A DNA stretch of 64,000 bases from Capsulimonadaceae bacterium (GTDB taxonomy: Bacteria > Armatimonadota > Armatimonadia > Armatimonadales > Capsulimonadaceae), in contig OZ244065.1 in the NCBI GenBank assembly GCA_965215505.1, positions 2,112,001 through 2,176,000 on the forward strand, given 5' to 3'. The notes under the pieces were generated by a model. The model was not told the DNA's origin. It made no database searches and saw only the letters and a list, made by a program, of their open reading frames with translations. The position numbers and the translations under genes are program-made. Positions 27,380 through 37,830 of the stretch are shown here, one piece after another (within the stretch, counting starts at the first letter, position 1; each line of letters begins with the position of its first letter).

Positions 27380-30300
27380 GCCACATCGTTTCACTCGTCA
27401 ATGCGTTCGCCGCCGTCTGGGCGGACGCCCTTTTTCGCGCCTGTTGGCAGGGCGGCCTGGGAATTATGCTGGTCTGGCTCCTCTGCCGCCTCTGGCCTGC
27501 CCTGCCCGCCGGCCCGCGCTGCTGGTTCTGGCGGCTGGCCTATGCCAAGCTGCTGCTCGGCCTGGTCTGGCTGCCGCCGCTCGCCCTGCCCCTCCTGCCC
27601 GCACCGAAGCCGCCCCCTGCGCCGCCGGTCGCTCAGGCAGACGCCCCGTTAGCGCAGGCTCCCCCGCCCACCGTGCCGCCTGTGCAGGCGCTCCCAGACG
27701 ACGCGCTGCCCCTGGCTGCCGTGCCGCCCCCGTTGCCCGCCACGCCTTCAGCTCCTCTCACCGCTCCTCCGCCCGCGCCTGCCGCCGCGCCCCTGTCCCC
27801 ACCTGCCGCCACACCTGCACTGCCGCCGCGCCCCACCCTACCGACCGTCCAGACCTGGCTCTTGGCTGCCTGGCTTATGGGCGTGTTCGCCAGCCTGAGC
27901 CGGGTCGCAGCCGCCTGGCGTCGGGCCTGCGCCCTTTCCCGTGCCGGCAGACCGCTGGCCGATGAGGGCTTACAGACCGACGCCGCCGACCTCTCCCAAC
28001 GTCTCGGCCTGCGCCGCGTCCCGCCGCTGCATGTCGCGGGCGGCCTCGCCTCCCCGCTCCTGCTCGGGCTGGGGCGGCCTGCGATCCTGCTGCCCGCCTT
28101 CGCCGTTTCGGGCAGCCCACGCCCGGAACTGCGGCTGATGCTGGCCCACGAGCTGGCCCACCTCGCGCGCCGGGACCTCCTGTGGAACGTCCTGCCCCAG
28201 ACCGCCCAGCGCCTCTTTTTCTTTCACCCCTTGGTGTGGCTCGCCGGGCATGAATGGGCGCTGGCCCAGGAGATCGCCTGCGACGCCCTCGCCGTCCAGA
28301 CCACCGGGACGCCGCCGTCGGCCTACGCTCGGATGCTCCTGAGCATTGCCACCCGTCGCCGCCCGTCGGCGGCCCCCCTGTTCCCGACCCTCGCCGTGGC
28401 GGCCCCCCGCCACACGCTCCGCCGGAGGTTACACGCCATGCAGCACATCGGGACCGTTTCGCGCCCGCGCCTCATCCTCGCCGCCGCGCTCACCGCCCTC
28501 CTCGCAGTCGGCGGGCTAGTGCCCTGGCGCGTCGTCGCCCAATCGGGGGCGGCGGTGTCGGTTCCACCCACCACCTCGCAGGAAGACGCGGCACAGGGAG
28601 ATGCGCCGTGGCAGGATCAGGAACGGAGGCGGCAGGTTGACATCGCGGTGAAGAATGCCCAGCTAGATGCACAGCTTGCCGAAGTTGAAAACCATCTGCC
28701 CGCTAAACAGTCGAAGACGGCACTGGCCTACATCCGTTGGATAAACGCCGACTATGTCTCAAACCAGCTCGCTGTTCAGTTAACGGAGCAGCAGCGGGCA
28801 GACTATGTCGCCACTCATCCCAACTCTTTGACCGATGCCCAGATTGCGCTTGTCCAGAAGGTCATCATAAGTAAGCTCAACCACAAACGCATCAGCAAGG
28901 ATGTCCAGGCAAAGCTGGACGCCATCCCGACAAAGCAGCGTGACAGGGTGGAATGGCTACGCTACTGCGACCTTAACATCTCGTCAGCCCGAATGCGGGC
29001 CTTCGTTCAGAAACAAGCCAACGTGTTCCAACTCCGAACCGAGTACGGCAGCACCAAACAGCGACGGGCCGGAGTCCTACCCACGCAGGGACAGAGTCAA
29101 GGCGCCACGGCCACAGCGTCACTCATGCCACATGCCTCAGCAACATTCTCTACTGCCCTTGCGGTTGGTGTGCCCCCGCCCCCGCGCGTCGTAGACCAAG
29201 CGGGGCCGGCACTGCCGCTGCCCGCCGCCATATGGGAAGAGGAGGCGCATCAGATGAAGGAGCGCGCCGACTTCGCCGCCTGGGAGGCGCAGGCTGACGC
29301 GCAGTTCGCCGAAGCCTTGCGGCATGTACCGCCCGCGCGGCAGAAGGAGGTACAGGCGCGAATCGCCGGCATGGATGAGTACGTCGCCAAAAGTCAGAAG
29401 CACACGCTGATGATGGAGCAGCACCGGGCGGACTACATCGCCACGCACCCCTACAGGCTGTCCAACGCGCAGAGGAACGACATCACCCGCCTGCTCGACC
29501 TGAACATCCGGCGCAACGGCCTGAACCAGAATGTCGCCATGGGCCATATCCTCCGGGTGAAGTTGCTCGCAGATGTTGCCGCCGCCAAAGACGCTGCATC
29601 CAGGGAGAGCTACCGCGCACAGATCGAGCGCGACGACGCCCGACGCCGCGCGGCGGAACAAGAGATGCGGCTGTTGGAGCCGCGCATCGCCCGGCAGAAG
29701 GCGATAGTGGCGCTCATCCCCGAAGACCAGCGCACCCTGATGGACAAGCTGCGCCACTACGACATAGACGTCTGGTGCGGGCGGATAGAAGCACTCACCA
29801 TCAAGCGGGGCAGAATACAGGTCCTCCAACAAGTGCTTGCCGCCAAGCCTCCGAGGCAGCATCCGGGCACGAGTACCAAGGCATCGTTCGCCCCGCCCGA
29901 AGCTAAAACAGCTTCTTTCGACGCCGTCGCGGTCGGCGGGCCTCCGGCCCTGCGCCTGGCCCAAGCGGGGGCATCGCTGTCAACGCCACCCGCCGTCACG
30001 CAGAAAGAAGAAGCATCCCAGGAAAAGTCGGCCGCTGAATTCGCTTCCAGGGGTGTACAGTTGGATGCACAACTTGCCGCAATACTCAAGCCTCTTTCTC
30101 CTGAACAGCGGAAGAAGGCGGAGGCGAGCGTCGCCTTTCTGGATGCCGGGGACGCCAAAACCCGGCAGCACATTCGGATGTTGGAGCAGCACCGGGCAGA
30201 TTATCTGGCCTTACACCCGAATCGCTTGTCCGACGCTCAGGTCGCGCTTGTTCAGAAGTTCAACTGGGATAAGATGGACCCCTACCGCATTGACGAAGGC

Positions 30301-31062
30301 ATTCGGTGGGAGCAGAGCATCAAGCGCAAACTCCAAACGCACATTGACTCCTCACAGGATGCGCGTTCAAGGCAAGGCTGGCAACGGCAGATCGCAGCCA
30401 TCGAGCAGCGGAGGCAGGCGGCGCAGAGGCAAATCCGCGAACTAGGGCCGGCGATCGCTCGCGAGGAGGCCGAGGTCGCGGCCATCCCGGAGGATCAACG
30501 GGTGAGAGTGGCAAAACTGCGTTCCTACGACTCAGAAATCTCGGCCTACAAGAACATCGCCCTCATGGACAAGCAGATGAGGATAGCGATCCTCCGCCAA
30601 CAGATCGCCGGCACACTGCATGGGGGACGCCACGGCCAAGGCGCGAAAACTGGAACCTCGCTCACTCCACTCGACCAAGTGGGCATGAATGAGACACAGC
30701 CAAGCCATACAACAGGGCAATCTATTCTGGTTATAAGCCGCCAGAACACAGCCCCAGATACTGGGTTACTCCCCCTCCCGTTCCAAATGTTTGCGCCTCC
30801 GGCCAGACCCAACCCCCTTTTCAACGTAAACTGGCGGTTAGCCGATCTTGCCCGGCGGCTCTCTGATCTACGCCGGGGAAGTTCCCTGGAGTTAGCGCTT
30901 AAGCGGATCGCGATCCTGGGTGGCAGGCAGGATGGCGGGCTACAAACTATTCCGGCCACGCGCTACTACTTCAGCCCTGGGGTCATCATTGAGATACCCG
31001 CGAAAGATGGGGTAATTACCGGCCCTTTACGGATACACCCTGGGGGTTTTGATTACGACTGA
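27376..31062 (+). CDS. M56 (BlaR1-like) membrane metallopeptidase with three C-terminal repeats
   Basis: ATGA coupling to blaI; motifs SPLLLG, HELAH, FFHPLVW, EIACD and LRRRL. Confidence 0.9.
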   Translation: MSHIVSLVNAFAAVWADALFRACWQGGLGIMLVWLLCRLWPALPAGPRCWFWRLAYAKLLLGLVWLPPLALPLLPAPKPPPAPPVAQADAPLAQAPPPTVPPVQALPDDALPLAAVPPPLPATPSAPLTAPPPAPAAAPLSPPAATPALPPRPTLPTVQTWLLAAWLMGVFASLSRVAAAWRRACALSRAGRPLADEGLQTDAADLSQRLGLRRVPPLHVAGGLASPLLLGLGRPAILLPAFAVSGSPRPELRLMLAHELAHLARRDLLWNVLPQTAQRLFFFHPLVWLAGHEWALAQEIACDALAVQTTGTPPSAYARMLLSIATRRRPSAAPLFPTLAVAAPRHTLRRRLHAMQHIGTVSRPRLILAAALTALLAVGGLVPWRVVAQSGAAVSVPPTTSQEDAAQGDAPWQDQERRRQVDIAVKNAQLDAQLAEVENHLPAKQSKTALAYIRWINADYVSNQLAVQLTEQQRADYVATHPNSLTDAQIALVQKVIISKLNHKRISKDVQAKLDAIPTKQRDRVEWLRYCDLNISSARMRAFVQKQANVFQLRTEYGSTKQRRAGVLPTQGQSQGATATASLMPHASATFSTALAVGVPPPPRVVDQAGPALPLPAAIWEEEAHQMKERADFAAWEAQADAQFAEALRHVPPARQKEVQARIAGMDEYVAKSQKHTLMMEQHRADYIATHPYRLSNAQRNDITRLLDLNIRRNGLNQNVAMGHILRVKLLADVAAAKDAASRESYRAQIERDDARRRAAEQEMRLLEPRIARQKAIVALIPEDQRTLMDKLRHYDIDVWCGRIEALTIKRGRIQVLQQVLAAKPPRQHPGTSTKASFAPPEAKTASFDAVAVGGPPALRLAQAGASLSTPPAVTQKEEASQEKSAAEFASRGVQLDAQLAAILKPLSPEQRKKAEASVAFLDAGDAKTRQHIRMLEQHRADYLALHPNRLSDAQVALVQKFNWDKMDPYRIDEGIRWEQSIKRKLQTHIDSSQDARSRQGWQRQIAAIEQRRQAAQRQIRELGPAIAREEAEVAAIPEDQRVRVAKLRSYDSEISAYKNIALMDKQMRIAILRQQIAGTLHGGRHGQGAKTGTSLTPLDQVGMNETQPSHTTGQSILVISRQNTAPDTGLLPLPFQMFAPPARPNPLFNVNWRLADLARRLSDLRRGSSLELALKRIAILGGRQDGGLQTIPATRYYFSPGVIIEIPAKDGVITGPLRIHPGGFDYD

Positions 31063-31221
31063 AGACAACAGCCGGAAGACATGTCCGAGGCTGGCAATGA
31101 TCACTGCCAGGGTTCGACTTGTGGCGTTCTGAATACGGCGAGGGCGAGATGATTAGAAACCAGTCATTCCAGCCTGAGAGCGGTCCTTGACAGCCCCCGC
31201 CGCCCGTGATAAACTGACGGC

Positions 31222-32589
31222 ATGAACAAGACAGGCATTCTTGCCGCCCTCCTGTCCCTGCTGGGGGCCGCCCTCGCGCCGCCCGCCTCCGCCGACTACC
31301 GGCAGAAGGCGGAGGCGCAGATGGACTACATCCAGACGCACTTCTATGACGCGGCGGCCAGCCGCTACCACGGGCGCTCCCCGGACAAGCCGGGCGGGCT
31401 GCCGTATGCCTTCATGTGGGACAACGGGGTGCAGTTCCGCGCATTGGTGGACGCCGCGCGCTATGACCCCGCCAAATACAAGCCGCTGCTGGCGGCCTTC
31501 GGTGCCAGTCTGAGGCAGTATTACTGGGACACAAAACCTAAAGGCTCCCCGCCAGGCTTCAACGCCTACTGCTCCGGGCCGGGCGGGGACGACAAATACT
31601 ACGACGACAACGCCTGGCTGGTGTTGGGGTACGTGGAAGCCCACGACCTGACGCACAGCCCCCAATATCTCCAGTGGGCGAATGAGACGCAGGCGTTCGT
31701 CCTGAGCGGCTACGATGACACCCTGGGCGGGGGCATCTTCTGGAAGCTGAAGCACGAGAGCAAGAACACCTGCGTCAACGCGCCCGATGCCGTGGCCGCC
31801 CTGGAACTCTCCACGCGCGGCGGGGGCCAAGCCCAGCGTGATTGGGGGGTGCGCCTGCACAAGTGGACGGATGCGACGCTTCAAGACACGGACGGCCTGT
31901 ATTGGGACAACATCCGCGTGAACGGCACGGTCGAGAAGGCCAAATGGACCTACAACACGGGCCTGATGATCGAGGCCGACGTGCTGCTGTCCAAGATGCA
32001 GCACGATCCCAAAGCCTTGGCGGAGGCGGAGCGGTCGGCGGACGCTGCGATCAAACACTGGCAGGACCCGGAGACGGGCCGAATCGAGAACGGCGCGAAC
32101 TTTACGCACCTGCTCTGCGAGTCATTGATCCGGCTGTATGAGGTGGACCACAACGTCGCCTACCTGAACGCCGTCCGCCGCCACGCCGCCTACGGTGACC
32201 GGTACGTCCACGATGCAGTCGGGGGCGGCTACTGGTCGGACTGGAAGGCGCGCGAACACAAGCCGGACGAGGCCAAGGAACTGCTCGAAAACGCTTCGGA
32301 TGCCCGACTGCTCTGGCTGCTGGCGGCGTACCCTGACGGGGCTGCCCTGGCTGCCCGTGGCCTCCAGGCCGCCGAGAAGGGCAGGAGCGCGCAGGCGGAG
32401 GGTTTCTACCGTCAGGCCGCCGACAGCGACACGGAAGATGTGGAGTCTCGCTACCGTCTGTGGAGAGTGCTACAGCGGGAGAAGAAGACGAGCGAGGCGG
32501 CGGCGGAAGAGCAAGAGTTGACCAGTCTATCCCGCCGCGACGATCTGCGGAAGCGACTGGAAGCGATGGGGTGGCACAGCCCAGCATAG
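31222..32589 (+). CDS. GH76-family glycoside hydrolase, secreted, with a C-terminal TPR-like segment
   Basis: Signal peptide; motifs YYDDNAW, GGGIFW, SKNTCVNAP and WTYNTG. Confidence 0.85.
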   Translation: MNKTGILAALLSLLGAALAPPASADYRQKAEAQMDYIQTHFYDAAASRYHGRSPDKPGGLPYAFMWDNGVQFRALVDAARYDPAKYKPLLAAFGASLRQYYWDTKPKGSPPGFNAYCSGPGGDDKYYDDNAWLVLGYVEAHDLTHSPQYLQWANETQAFVLSGYDDTLGGGIFWKLKHESKNTCVNAPDAVAALELSTRGGGQAQRDWGVRLHKWTDATLQDTDGLYWDNIRVNGTVEKAKWTYNTGLMIEADVLLSKMQHDPKALAEAERSADAAIKHWQDPETGRIENGANFTHLLCESLIRLYEVDHNVAYLNAVRRHAAYGDRYVHDAVGGGYWSDWKAREHKPDEAKELLENASDARLLWLLAAYPDGAALAARGLQAAEKGRSAQAEGFYRQAADSDTEDVESRYRLWRVLQREKKTSEAAAEEQELTSLSRRDDLRKRLEAMGWHSPA

Positions 32590-32600
32590 GGCTATGCCGA

Positions 32601-32746
32601 GAGAGCCGAGTGGTTGAAAACCGCTCGCTAGGCCAAGGGTCCTTTGGACGGGACACGGGATTAGGACACAACCCGTCCGCGCGGGGTCATATCCTTTGTC
32701 CGCAGGACACTTCTCCTAGCGAGCGGTTTTCAACCACTCGGCTCTC
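32601..32746. repeat. Inverted palindromic doublet, family A copy 3
   Basis: GAGAGCCGAGTGGTTGAAAACCGCTCGCTAGG ... CCTAGCGAGCGGTTTTCAACCACTCGGCTCTC. Confidence 0.8.
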
Positions 32747-32754
32747 GGCCCGTC

Positions 32755-33738
32755 TCAGTACGGCCCCCGGATGTTCTCCGCCACCCGTGCGCCGTAGAAC
32801 TCCCGTAACTGCTGATGCAGCGATGCCGACAGCGGCGGCAGGTCGCTGGCGGCGGCGTTCGCCTCGGCCATCTGCGGGTTCTTCGCGCCGGGGATGATCG
32901 CCGTCACCGCCTCAAAGTCCAGGCACCAGCGCAGGGCCATCTGCGCCATCGTCATGCCTTCCGGCACGAGAGGCTTCAGGGCGTCCGCAAGGTCCACGCC
33001 CATCTCGAAGGGCAGGCCGGCGAAGGTCTCGCCGACGTTGAACGCCTGTCCGTCCCGGTTGTAAGTGCGGTGGTCGGACGGCGCGAACTGCGTGTCCCGC
33101 TTGTACTTGCCCGAGAGCAAGCCGGAGGCGAGCGGCAGGCGGACGATGAGGGCGACCTGCGCCGCGCGGGCCTGGTCGAACAGCGTGTCAATTGGCTTCT
33201 GGCGGAAGATGTTAAAGATGATCTGGAGCGACGCCAGCCCCTCCTGCTTCAGACACGTCTCGGCCTCGTCCATGGACTCGACGCTGGCCCCAAAGCGCCG
33301 AATCTTGCCCTCCTGCTTCAGCTCGCGCAGCCACCCGAAGATCTCGCCATCCTCCAGAACCTCCGCCGGGATGCAGTGGAGCTGGGTCAGGTCCAATGCC
33401 TCGACGCCCAGGCGGCGCAGCGAAGCTTCGGTGTGGGAACGGACCGCCTCGCGTGTGAAGTTGGCCGCCCCGCCCGGATCGCCCGCGCGCCCCAGCTTGG
33501 TCGCCACGAAGAACGGCTCGGAGGTCTGGGCCAGGAACTTCCCGATCAGGGTCTCGCTGCGGCCCCCGCCATAGACATCCGCCGTGTCGAAGAAGGTCAC
33601 GCCCCGCCCCGCCGAGGCGCGCAGGATGGCTAACGCCTCGTCCTCACTGACCTCGCCCCAGTCGCCGCCGAACTGCCAGCAGCCCAGCCCCACCTCGGAC
33701 ACTTCCGCTTCGCCCCCGTTGAACACTCTGTTTTTCAT
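32755..33738 (-). CDS. Aldo/keto reductase
   Basis: Motifs GLGCW, FDTADVYG, ATK, LDLTQLH and IIPGAK. Confidence 0.92.
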   Translation of the reverse strand: MKNRVFNGGEAEVSEVGLGCWQFGGDWGEVSEDEALAILRASAGRGVTFFDTADVYGGGRSETLIGKFLAQTSEPFFVATKLGRAGDPGGAANFTREAVRSHTEASLRRLGVEALDLTQLHCIPAEVLEDGEIFGWLRELKQEGKIRRFGASVESMDEAETCLKQEGLASLQIIFNIFRQKPIDTLFDQARAAQVALIVRLPLASGLLSGKYKRDTQFAPSDHRTYNRDGQAFNVGETFAGLPFEMGVDLADALKPLVPEGMTMAQMALRWCLDFEAVTAIIPGAKNPQMAEANAAASDLPPLSASLHQQLREFYGARVAENIRGPY

Positions 33739-33824
33739 AGGCCCTCTATACCCAAAACAGGCGCGGCGTGGTATAGTGAGGGCCGCGAATAAGACTTCAA
33801 CAGCGAACTTCAAGGGAGAACGGA

Positions 33825-34802
33825 ATGGAATACCGGCCACTGGGCACGAGCGACGTGAAGGTTTCGGAGATCAGCTTCGGCTGCTGGACCATGGGCGGCC
33901 TGAACTGGGTCAACGGCAATCCTAACGGGTGGGCGAACGTGGATGAGGACGAGATCACGGCCGGCATCAAGACCGCCATTGACGCGGGCGTCAACCACTT
34001 CGACAACGCCGACGTTTACGGCAACGGCCGGGCCGAGCGGATGCTGGCGCGCGTCTTCGACAAGCTGGGCGTGAAGTCCGAGGACTTCGTTATCGCCACC
34101 AAAATCGGCCACTTCCCCGGCACCGCCGATCACGCCTACGAGTCGGCGCACATCCGCCACCAGTGCGAGCAGTCCCTGCTCAACCTGAAGCGGGACTACA
34201 TTGACCTCTACTACTTCCACCACGGTGACTTCGGCCCGGACGCCCGCCTGCTCCCCGAAGCCGCCGCGACGATGGACGCCCTGGTCGCCGAGGGCAAGGT
34301 GCGCGTCAAGGGCCAGTCCGCCTACTCCGCCGACGACTTCGAGCGCGCCGTGCCCATCGTCAAGCCTCAAGTGCTGCAAAGCTGGGCGCACGCCCTCGAT
34401 GACCAGTTCGTCCGCCCCGGCTCGCGCGTCGCGAACCTCATGGAGCAGCACGGCCTCACCTTCGTCGCCTTCAGCCCGCTGGCCCAGGCCCGCCTGCTGG
34501 ACAAGTACGACCCCGCCAGCCCGCCCGCCTTCGAGCCGGGCGACCACCGGCGCGGCAGTGATGCGTTCGGCGCGAAGGCCATCGCTGCTCTGAAGCCCAA
34601 GCTCGGCAGGCTGAAGGCGCGCTTTGGGGACACCACGGAGGACCTCGCCGCCGTCGCCCTGAACTACATCCTCGCTCAGCCCCGCGTCGCCTGCGTCATC
34701 CCCGGATTCCGCAACGAGCGCCAGGCCCGCTGCAACCTCGCCGGCGTGGGCAGGGAATTGACCGCAGACGACCTGCACTTCATCCAGGAGACGCTGGCTT
34801 AA
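33825..34802 (+). CDS. Aldo/keto reductase
   Basis: Motifs SFGCW, FDNADVYG, IATK, IDLYYFH and VIPG. Confidence 0.92.
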   Translation: MEYRPLGTSDVKVSEISFGCWTMGGLNWVNGNPNGWANVDEDEITAGIKTAIDAGVNHFDNADVYGNGRAERMLARVFDKLGVKSEDFVIATKIGHFPGTADHAYESAHIRHQCEQSLLNLKRDYIDLYYFHHGDFGPDARLLPEAAATMDALVAEGKVRVKGQSAYSADDFERAVPIVKPQVLQSWAHALDDQFVRPGSRVANLMEQHGLTFVAFSPLAQARLLDKYDPASPPAFEPGDHRRGSDAFGAKAIAALKPKLGRLKARFGDTTEDLAAVALNYILAQPRVACVIPGFRNERQARCNLAGVGRELTADDLHFIQETLA

Positions 34803-34930
34803 CCCCGCCGCTGAGGGCCGGGCCTTGCGGCCCGGCCCGAACATTTTCCTCCCCCTGTTGACAAACCCCTGTGGATGGGGGTAAGATTGCTGCACTCCGT
34901 TCCCCGCCCTGGGGGACTACCACGCAAGAT

Positions 34931-35002
34931 GGACAGTTGGCGCAGTGGTAGCGCACTTCGTTGACATCGAAGGGGTCACAAGTTCGAATCTTGTACTGTC
35001 CA
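34931..35002 (+). tRNA. tRNA-Val(GAC)
   Basis: GGACAGT/ACTGTCC acceptor stem; anticodon arm CTTCG-TTGACAT-CGAAG; T-loop TTCGAAT; TTGACA..TAAGAT promoter upstream; CCA not encoded. Confidence 0.95.
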
Positions 35003-35093
35003 CTTTTTTCAGAGCGATTTAGCGATTCCACTCTGAGAAACAGCACTTCGTTTCGGTTTCCCTCTGCTCCCTCTCACCCAAAAAGAGGGAAAA

Positions 35094-36101
35094 ATGCAGA
35101 AAACAGCACATAGTTCCGGACTTAGTTCCGGCCATCCCGACGTCAGCCTCAGCGTGGACGAACTGTCCTTCCACGCCGACGGCTGGCTCCTGGACTGCCA
35201 GGTCGGGCAGCACTCCAAGAACACGCTCTCGATCCGACGGTTCCTCGCCGATAAGCTTCTCTGGTTCCTCAATCAGCGAGGCCTCACGCGGTGCGGCAAG
35301 GCCGAACTCCGGCAGTTCTTTGCCTACGTCACGACCGGGCACGAAGCCGAGGGCGGCCGCTGGGGCAACCCGGCGATGCGCCGACCCGTCAGCAAGCGGA
35401 CCGTCAACACCTACTACGGCCACCTGAACACACTGTTCCGGTGGATTGTTGCCGAGGGTGGCCTTCCCTCCTCCCCGATGGACACCATCGCAGTCCCGAT
35501 CTCCCGCGCCGACCAGATCAATCCCTTCAGCGACGCCCAGATCGAGGCGCTCCTCTCCGCCGCCAAGCGGTCGCAGCACCCCCGGCGCGACGAAGCCCTT
35601 CTTCTTCTCTTGTTCGACACCGGCCTGCGTGCCAGCGAAGTCTGCGGCCTGCGGCTTTCCGACATCGACCTGCAGGCCAAGCGTTGCCGCGTCCTGGGAA
35701 AGGGCGACAAGCACAGGAGCCTCCCGTTTGGGGGTACGACGGCCAAAGCTCTGTGGAAGTATCTTGCTGAGGAGCCGCGCGAGCCGTCGGCGCCCGTTTT
35801 CCTTTCGGACCGCGGCCCCCGCGCGGGCGAGCCCCTGACCCGGTGGGGCGTGCGCCAGATCGTGGAACGGCTCGGCAAGGCGTCACGGATCGAGTCAGTC
35901 CGGTGTTCACCCCACACTTTCCGGCACACGTTCGCTGTCTCCTTTTTGAGGAACGGCGGGAACGTGTTCACGCTCCAGGAGCTGCTGGGCCATACGGACC
36001 TGAAGATGACCAACAGGTATGTCAAACTGGCTCAGGCAGACATCGAAAACCAGCACCGCCAATTCAGCCCGGTCGAAAACCTGAAAGGTAAGCGCAGGTA
36101 A
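35094..36101 (+). CDS. Tyrosine recombinase/integrase
   Basis: Motifs TGLRASE, GKGDK, HTFRHTFA, LLGH and T.RY give the complete R-K-H-R-H-Y set. Confidence 0.95.
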   Translation: MQKTAHSSGLSSGHPDVSLSVDELSFHADGWLLDCQVGQHSKNTLSIRRFLADKLLWFLNQRGLTRCGKAELRQFFAYVTTGHEAEGGRWGNPAMRRPVSKRTVNTYYGHLNTLFRWIVAEGGLPSSPMDTIAVPISRADQINPFSDAQIEALLSAAKRSQHPRRDEALLLLLFDTGLRASEVCGLRLSDIDLQAKRCRVLGKGDKHRSLPFGGTTAKALWKYLAEEPREPSAPVFLSDRGPRAGEPLTRWGVRQIVERLGKASRIESVRCSPHTFRHTFAVSFLRNGGNVFTLQELLGHTDLKMTNRYVKLAQADIENQHRQFSPVENLKGKRR

Positions 36102-36106
36102 ACACC

Positions 36107-37279
36107 ATGAGCCATCAAAAGGCTAGGAAACAACTGCTGCAAGTATCCCGCGACTTCGAAGCGAGGTGGCGTGAACTGCGCGACCTGCTCCAGGGCGAGG
36201 CCGAGTTCCTGTCTCGCTTTGACAGCGCCATCCACATGCAGGGGACGTGTGAGTATATGGAAGCAGAGTTGGAGCGGACTTTCGACAGTCAAAGAGTTGT
36301 CCTCTCTCAAGTGACTAACGAGTGGTTTTCTGCGAGCGACAAACTGGCGGAAGCCTCCGACGACCCAGACCTAAGCCGAAGGCTGCGCAGGGAATGTAGA
36401 GATGCCAGAGATGCCTACATGCAAACAAATGTCGAACTGAGTATCACCTATTACTGGCGGCTCGTGTATGTAGATGTCTGCGAGAGAGCTACCAAGATAG
36501 GCTGGGATCACAGACAGGCTTCGAGACTTTTTCAGGGGGCAATAAGAGATAATATGCGCCTGTGGGGACCTGTTGCTTATATGCAAGCTTTGTGTTCAGG
36601 CAAAGACGCTGCGGCCATGGCAGCACTTGTAGGCAGCCACACCGCAAGGACGAAGATTTTCGCGCGTTACAGGAGAACATTGGATTTACTGGTCAAAGAA
36701 CAATACTCTGCCGAGGATGGGTTTGACCCAGCGACTGCCCATGCCCAAGCAAAGTACGATATTGTCCTTGAGACCATTCTTGACGATCTCGGCAACTGGG
36801 CATTCAAGGGTCAGGAACAAGAGGTCGGGGACCAGCCCATGATCAGCCTCGATGAAAAGCACTGGCCGGATTGGGACCGCATTCCGGGCGTTGCTATGAA
36901 GAGAGTGGATCAGGAAGGCAAGAGGCGGGCGATAGAACAGGTCAGCTCGGATCTCGTTATACAGGTGGCAGACGGTTTAGCCGGAACTACCATCAAAACC
37001 GCATCTCACGCACTTGATCCAGAGCAGATTTTGCTACTTACGGAGGAGCTGAACGAGAATTCAGCTCTTCTGCATCGTTTCGGTGAGGCAATTGACATGC
37101 TCCCACAACGAGATCGTGAAATTATTGATCTACATCTCAAGGGTTTGAGCCGCCGGAAGATTGCCCATGCGATCGGTATGCCGGAGGGAACGACAAGAAC
37201 GCACCTCGACCGAAGCCTCGACAAGATTGCACGCGCATTGACCGGCCAGCCTCGGCAAAAAAATAAGAAAATAATTTAA
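36107..37279 (+). CDS. Protein with a C-terminal sigma-70 region 4 HTH
   Basis: AIDMLPQRDREIIDLHLKGLSRRKIAHAIGMPEGTTRTHLDR; N-terminal part not recognised. Confidence 0.7.
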   Translation: MSHQKARKQLLQVSRDFEARWRELRDLLQGEAEFLSRFDSAIHMQGTCEYMEAELERTFDSQRVVLSQVTNEWFSASDKLAEASDDPDLSRRLRRECRDARDAYMQTNVELSITYYWRLVYVDVCERATKIGWDHRQASRLFQGAIRDNMRLWGPVAYMQALCSGKDAAAMAALVGSHTARTKIFARYRRTLDLLVKEQYSAEDGFDPATAHAQAKYDIVLETILDDLGNWAFKGQEQEVGDQPMISLDEKHWPDWDRIPGVAMKRVDQEGKRRAIEQVSSDLVIQVADGLAGTTIKTASHALDPEQILLLTEELNENSALLHRFGEAIDMLPQRDREIIDLHLKGLSRRKIAHAIGMPEGTTRTHLDRSLDKIARALTGQPRQKNKKII

Positions 37280-37346
37280 AATTTCGTTTTTGGACTGTAG
37301 CCCAGAAATGCCTCCCACTGCAAAACAAAGTGAGGAGGCATTTCTT

Positions 37347-37577
37347 ATGACCAAAACTACTAGCTTTATCGCACTGTACCATGGCCAAGTCGAAAGTCAA
37401 GCCAAAATTGTTGGTGTATCCGTCGAGCCGGATGTCGTGGCTTTCGTTGCCATGCGTCTTCTGCAGGATCCCCGCTACCAGAAATTGTCTGAAGGCGACC
37501 CCGTCCTGGAAGCACTCAAAAACGGCCGTCGGGAGGCCCTCCGGCTGATTGAGACAAGAGGCGCCGATGAAATCTGA
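37347..37577 (+). CDS. Small hypothetical protein
   Basis: GAGGAGG RBS before the ATG; overlaps the next gene. Confidence 0.6.
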   Translation: MTKTTSFIALYHGQVESQAKIVGVSVEPDVVAFVAMRLLQDPRYQKLSEGDPVLEALKNGRREALRLIETRGADEI

Positions 37578-37830
37578 GGCAGGCCTGGCGCGTGAACGCG
37601 CCGGGCTGAGCCTGGAACAGGCGGCGCGCCGCGCACGCATCGGGCCTGCCTATCTACGCAACATCGAATGCCAGGGCGGAGCCGGCTATTACCTGGCCCA
37701 GCGCCTGAGCGCCGTTTACCAATGTCGAATTGAGATCTTCTTATACGGGCCTATGCCTGCCGGTTCGGGGGGCAGAGGGATCGATCGGAGTGCGCTACAA
37801 CGGAATCGCTGCCATCGTAAGCGCTCGTAA
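37567..37830 (+). CDS. XRE-type HTH protein
   Basis: ARERAGLSLEQAARRARIGPAYLRNIE. Confidence 0.7.
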   Translation: MKSEAGLARERAGLSLEQAARRARIGPAYLRNIECQGGAGYYLAQRLSAVYQCRIEIFLYGPMPAGSGGRGIDRSALQRNRCHRKRS

